From: a virus
Length of the DNA stretch: 64,000 nt
Virus record (IMG/VR): IMGVR_UViG_3300048593_000672
Coordinates: 10,688-74,687 of that record
Direction: 5' to 3' (one strand)
In this document: positions 60,200 through 64,000 of the stretch, in pieces
How the letters are laid out: each line of letters starts with the position of its first letter
Position numbering within the stretch: position 1 is the first letter of the stretch
The notes under the pieces: generated by a model
The model's database searches: none
What the model was told of the DNA's origin: nothing
Seen by the model: the letters and a program-made list of their open reading frames with translations, nothing else
Program-made: the position numbers and the translations under genes

Positions 60200-60228
60200 G
60201 CAGGGCTAAACACCCTGCTATTTTTTTT
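60200..60228 (+). terminator. Intrinsic terminator
   Basis: GCAGGG-ctaaaca-CCCTGC-ta-T8. Confidence 0.7.
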
Positions 60229-60471
60229 GCAAGCTTGACAACTATTGTTGTTAATGATTAAATTGTGATTGTAGTTTAGTTAATTTTTAAAGGATATTAA
60301 TTGTGTACAGCAATAGTAATTGGATTGATTGCGCTGGGCGGGACGTTTTAGTGCCTAGCAACGAACCATTAGATGATTTGCGTGGCGACGATCAGGACGA
60401 TGATCAACCCACTGTTAAGTTGACGGATGAGTTGGTTTTTGTTGAGTTTTAAGGTAATTAAATTTAGTTAG

Positions 60472-61530
60472 GTGAAAACCATGTTTAAGAAAGCAGAACG
60501 GTCGCGTAAAAAACTGCGGTTGGCGATCAATGGCCCGTCTGGTGCTGGCAAAACTTACTCAATGTTAGCGATCGCTACTGAGTTAGGTAAAAGGATTGCA
60601 ATGATTGACACCGAACACGGCTCTAGCACTCTATACGCCGAATATTTTGGGTTTGATCAATGTGATTTAACTCAATACCATCCCAACAAATACATTGAAA
60701 CAATTCGCTTCGCTGGTGCTAATGGTTATGATGTGATTTGTATTGATAGCTTGAGTCACGCATGGCTTGAAATGCTTAATATGGTGGGGGGGAATTACAA
60801 TAATTGGTCTAAAGTCCGTCCTTTAGAACGAGCTTTAATTGATTGCATTTTAGCTAGTCCATGCCACGTTTTAGTGTCTATGCGTGCCAAAAGTGATTAT
60901 GTTGACGGAGTGGGAGCAAATGGCAAGCCTACAAAAGTCAAAGTCGGCACTAAAGCTGTAATGGGTGACGGTATTGAATATGAGTTTGACGTTGCTGGTG
61001 AAATTGATTTAGGTCATGTTTTCACTGTCAGTAAAAGCCGTTGCAAGCCACTTCAAGACACAACTTGGTCTAACCCAGGGAAAGAACTTGCTGAACAACT
61101 TAAACAGTGGTTAGAACAGGGTGCTGAAAGTATTGAGGTTCGCCCTGAACAAGTAGTTGTCAAAACTGAACAGCCAGCAGTCACTCAATCTAAACCATTA
61201 ACTCCTCGCAATCAAATTGCCGCCACTTTTAAAGATCATTACACCAATTTAGGCGTGTCGCGTGACAAGGCAATTGAGATTATGCACAGCATTGATGCCA
61301 ACGCAAATCATCCGGCAGAGTTACAACCCGACGAACTCAAGCAATGTCTTGATCTGATTAGTCAGGAGGCTAAAAAGATGCAAGCTTTGGCTGATGAGAT
61401 TGCAAAACCCAATGGTGATATTGCTGAAATGATGATCGATCACTACGAGCCTGATGGTGATGATTTATTGGCTGAACACTTACCACCCGATGACGGCGGT
61501 GAAGCAGCCGTAAACTGGATGCACAAGTAA
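60472..61530 (+). CDS. Sak4-like AAA_24 ATPase/recombinase
   Basis: GPSGAGKT, IDTEHGS, IDSLSHAW, GIEYEFD. Confidence 0.88.
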   Translation: MKTMFKKAERSRKKLRLAINGPSGAGKTYSMLAIATELGKRIAMIDTEHGSSTLYAEYFGFDQCDLTQYHPNKYIETIRFAGANGYDVICIDSLSHAWLEMLNMVGGNYNNWSKVRPLERALIDCILASPCHVLVSMRAKSDYVDGVGANGKPTKVKVGTKAVMGDGIEYEFDVAGEIDLGHVFTVSKSRCKPLQDTTWSNPGKELAEQLKQWLEQGAESIEVRPEQVVVKTEQPAVTQSKPLTPRNQIAATFKDHYTNLGVSRDKAIEIMHSIDANANHPAELQPDELKQCLDLISQEAKKMQALADEIAKPNGDIAEMMIDHYEPDGDDLLAEHLPPDDGGEAAVNWMHK

Positions 61531-61660
61531 ACGATTAGCACCAGCAAGCGGCTAATAACTGTCTTGCTGGTATTTGTAACAATGTTAGTCAACACCAAAA
61601 AACATTGGTTTAAGCAGCTAAAAGAATCCGACCCAATCAAAGAATCAGTCAATTGGGGGT

Positions 61661-61900
61661 TTGACTACAGTGTTGTTTAACGAGAAAGATCTAAAAAATG
61701 GCGACCTAGTTTTTAATATGGAGGCTTATGCTCGAATTACCTCACAATGGCCAAATAGGGGCGATTGTCCCTACTGCGGAAGAGAAGGGAGCCTGTCCAA
61801 CACCCTTTTTGCCAAGTGTATTAACCCCGACTGTCAGAGCAAAAAAATACGGGACAGGAAGAAGAAAAAGGCTAAACGAAGTAAGCAAAAAAGCCAATGA
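61661..61900 (+). CDS. Small Zn-ribbon protein with basic tail
   Basis: CPYC...CINPDC. Confidence 0.5.
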   Translation: MTTVLFNEKDLKNGDLVFNMEAYARITSQWPNRGDCPYCGREGSLSNTLFAKCINPDCQSKKIRDRKKKKAKRSKQKSQ

Positions 61901-62366
61901 TTATAAAGGATTCGGTCAGCCGTTTGAAGGTAAATTTGAATGGTATATAATCGAATGGAATCATGAATGGCTAAGTGACGAGGGTTTAGAAGTTGACCTA
62001 ATTGAATTGCATTGGGTCAAAGTTTTAAAGCCCAGTAAAAAGCAACGGATTTTCTACACTAATGCCATGTCTTTTGCTGGTATTAGTGACAATAAAATGT
62101 CTGTTGAAGATTTTTTGGCTTGCGTTTTTATGGGCTATTGTTCCGACAAAAGCAAAGTTCCAGCCGCTAATGCTGCTTGGCTTTATCGTGCCAACTTTAA
62201 AGGCGATACTGAGCCACGCGACCCCATCGGTCAACTCTATGGCACATGGAATGATGGGGACTTTCAAGACTCACTAATAGATACAGTGGCATTTAAACAT
62301 TGCTTCATTGATGAAGTAGTGCCAGAGGAGCAAGTGGAGCGATTTAGTAAGCGTTTAAAGCGTTGA
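61728..62366 (+). CDS. Hypothetical protein
   Basis: GGAGG RBS; overlaps previous ORF. Confidence 0.55.
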   Translation: MLELPHNGQIGAIVPTAEEKGACPTPFLPSVLTPTVRAKKYGTGRRKRLNEVSKKANDYKGFGQPFEGKFEWYIIEWNHEWLSDEGLEVDLIELHWVKVLKPSKKQRIFYTNAMSFAGISDNKMSVEDFLACVFMGYCSDKSKVPAANAAWLYRANFKGDTEPRDPIGQLYGTWNDGDFQDSLIDTVAFKHCFIDEVVPEEQVERFSKRLKR

Positions 62367-62409
62367 TATTTAGCTTGACAACTGTTATTATTAATTTAAT
62401 TCTAGCCTA

Positions 62410-62550
62410 CTACAAGGATGGAATCGGGTAGTGAATAATCAATAACAACACCCTCAGATTAAATGTGACTGGTAAAACAGCAACATCATTTAAGGTCTGT
62501 AAAAGTTGAAGGCTGTGAGACCCGACCCTGTCAGGAATGGGGGCTTTTAA
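62410..62550 (+). ncRNA. Candidate structured ncRNA
   Basis: TTGACA at 62375; closing stem, central bubble, apical stem; no ORF. Confidence 0.4.
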
Positions 62551-62758
62551 TTATTAATACCAGCAGGGTAAAATGTATGTTTATTGCTTGTTTTTTAGAT
62601 GGTACTCAGGAAGGTACGACAAAAGAATTATCAATTAATTGATAACTATCAAAATGTTTTGTTTTATGCAACCAATAGCTATTTGTTCGGTAAAAAAATA
62701 GTAGCACTTGCGGCTAAACATATATTAACAGTACACGCAAACAGTGTTAACCATGCGA

Positions 62759-63805
62759 TCACATCCGATCAACTTTAGCTAAAATCTTTTCAAACGCCTT
62801 CTGGTGCGTATCGTCATCAATCCATAAATTATAAGTGTCGGCATGGACTTTTTCGCTATGCCCCATTTGCTTTGAGGCCAGTCTAATATCCAGCCCTAAG
62901 TCAATTGTCCTTCTAGCCCAACAATGTCTAAGCGCATAGGGTGGGAAGGGGATGTGGTTGCGCTGGAATATTTTGGTGACGCGATCGCCGTAGTCTCGAT
63001 AGTATTTTCCGGTGCATTGAGGCAAACAACAATCAGTCAAGTTAAATTCGTCAAGCCAGTCGGGGTAGAAAGGCCAAGTTTTTCTCGCCCCGCGTTTGCC
63101 CTCGGTCACATAACAAATTCGATTTTCTACCAGGTAGCCAAGATCAACAAAAAATAATTCATGATTCCGCAACCCAAACGTTGCCAACATCCCGTAAGCC
63201 CATTTGCTTGACGGGTATTTAATCCTGTCATACCACTCCACGATAGTTTTGTCGTCTGGTAACAGCCTAGGATTGACTTTGCTGGCTGAATAATTGCCTC
63301 GTAGCGACGCAACATTCAAATCTAGCTGCAAAAACCTGGCCAACCCTCCTAACACCACACAAGCTTTTTTACGGGTGGAAGTGTTTGGCTTAGTTTTTGT
63401 CTTGATAAACTCCTGTAATACCTTTGCTGTAACGATCTTGTCACCATCAAAGTGGCTTAAGACGGATAAATAATCATGCTCCCAAGTGCCTAGGCTTTGA
63501 ATCGTCGGTAAGTGATCAATAAAATACTGCTCTTTGAATCGGGCGATCGCATCCTTAAAGGTCAGCTTACAAATACCAGCAGGAGAAGTTTTGTCTGGCC
63601 AGGTAAACGTCCCATCCTCTAGTTGAATCGCCAAAACTAAAGCCCTGTCTTTTGCCTTCTCCCATCCCATCGGGTCACTCGCTAATCCCGTTGCTATCCT
63701 CTGCTGGTGCTTATTTTCTTTTCCGCTCCCAGGCTTCGGCGGTAGCGTTGCTACTAAGTAGAGCCACCCACTCCGATCTACGATTGTCACGTTTTTTACT
63801 TTCAT
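62759..63805 (-). CDS. int: Tyrosine integrase, cyanobacterial type
   Basis: LYLVATLPPKP arm domain; GLRNHE, LRHCWARR, MGHS..H..TY. Confidence 0.95.
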   Translation of the reverse strand: MKVKNVTIVDRSGWLYLVATLPPKPGSGKENKHQQRIATGLASDPMGWEKAKDRALVLAIQLEDGTFTWPDKTSPAGICKLTFKDAIARFKEQYFIDHLPTIQSLGTWEHDYLSVLSHFDGDKIVTAKVLQEFIKTKTKPNTSTRKKACVVLGGLARFLQLDLNVASLRGNYSASKVNPRLLPDDKTIVEWYDRIKYPSSKWAYGMLATFGLRNHELFFVDLGYLVENRICYVTEGKRGARKTWPFYPDWLDEFNLTDCCLPQCTGKYYRDYGDRVTKIFQRNHIPFPPYALRHCWARRTIDLGLDIRLASKQMGHSEKVHADTYNLWIDDDTHQKAFEKILAKVDRM

Positions 63806-63807
63806 CG

Positions 63808-63828
63808 TGGCTTAAATTTGGCTTAAAT
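63808..63828. repeat. Tandem TGGCTTAAAT x2, candidate integrase arm sites
   Basis: Direct repeat between int start and tRNA. Confidence 0.5.
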
Positions 63829-63876
63829 CATAGCCAATTGGTAAGGCAGATGTCGGCAAAATCGGTCACACACTTA

Positions 63877-63948
<72 letters not shown>

Positions 63949-64000
63949 GCTTTTAGCGATAATTTATTATATCTCTCTTGTGTTACTTTGGCACTGGTAT

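Larger units (their letters stand above)
1101..63550. repeat. HIP1 octamers GCGATCGC
   Basis: Dozens of copies, e.g. 1101, 6207, 23222, 40580, 58594, 63543. Confidence 0.9.
820..63710. repeat. Dispersed motif AYACCAGCR + purine tail (>50 copies)
   Basis: Counted by eye, e.g. 1981, 9321, 15022, 21891, 30129, 36862, 44577, 58530, 63572; reverse at 2874, 6302, 51135, 52102, 62075. Confidence 0.9.

Noticed and set aside
1101-63550. HIP1 as a novel repeat
   Set aside because: Well-known cyanobacterial feature; used only as a host clue

Overview
Almost the whole window (1 to about 63.9 kb) is one end of a large temperate siphovirus-type prophage integrated at a host tRNA-Cys(GCA) gene (63877-63948, minus strand); the other end lies before position 1. 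Frequent HIP1 octamers (GCGATCGC) and a cyanobacterial-type tyrosine integrase point to a cyanobacterial host. The window holds head genes (TerL, portal, MuF-like, protease, capsid), tail genes (major tail, frameshifted chaperones, 4300-aa tape measure, an RcGTA-like Dit/hub/NlpC/megatron tip, fibres), lysis genes, dcd, a ParB-like/MTase fusion, a beta-clamp-like gene, DUF932, a Sak4-like ATPase, a BRO protein and two phage tRNA(-like) genes. Most unusual: (1) the giant tape measure carries a Ser/Thr-kinase-like domain and a GNAT-like domain between two SPS repeats, plus a hydrolase-like and a GH73 domain, suggesting virion-delivered enzymes; (2) an SF2 helicase has a J-domain (HPDRGG) inserted between motifs II and III; (3) an asymmetric motif AYACCAGCR plus purine tail occurs over 50 times on both strands and in several frames; (4) an inverted 30/33-nt copy of the tRNA-Cys 5' half sits between the tRNA and the integrase start; (5) the tail hub appears split, its first strand fused to a tandem Dit 20 kb away; (6) two related AT-rich iteron blocks and two TerS-like genes share motifs; (7) several promoter-sRNA units. 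All family calls come from motif recognition by eye; no searches were run.
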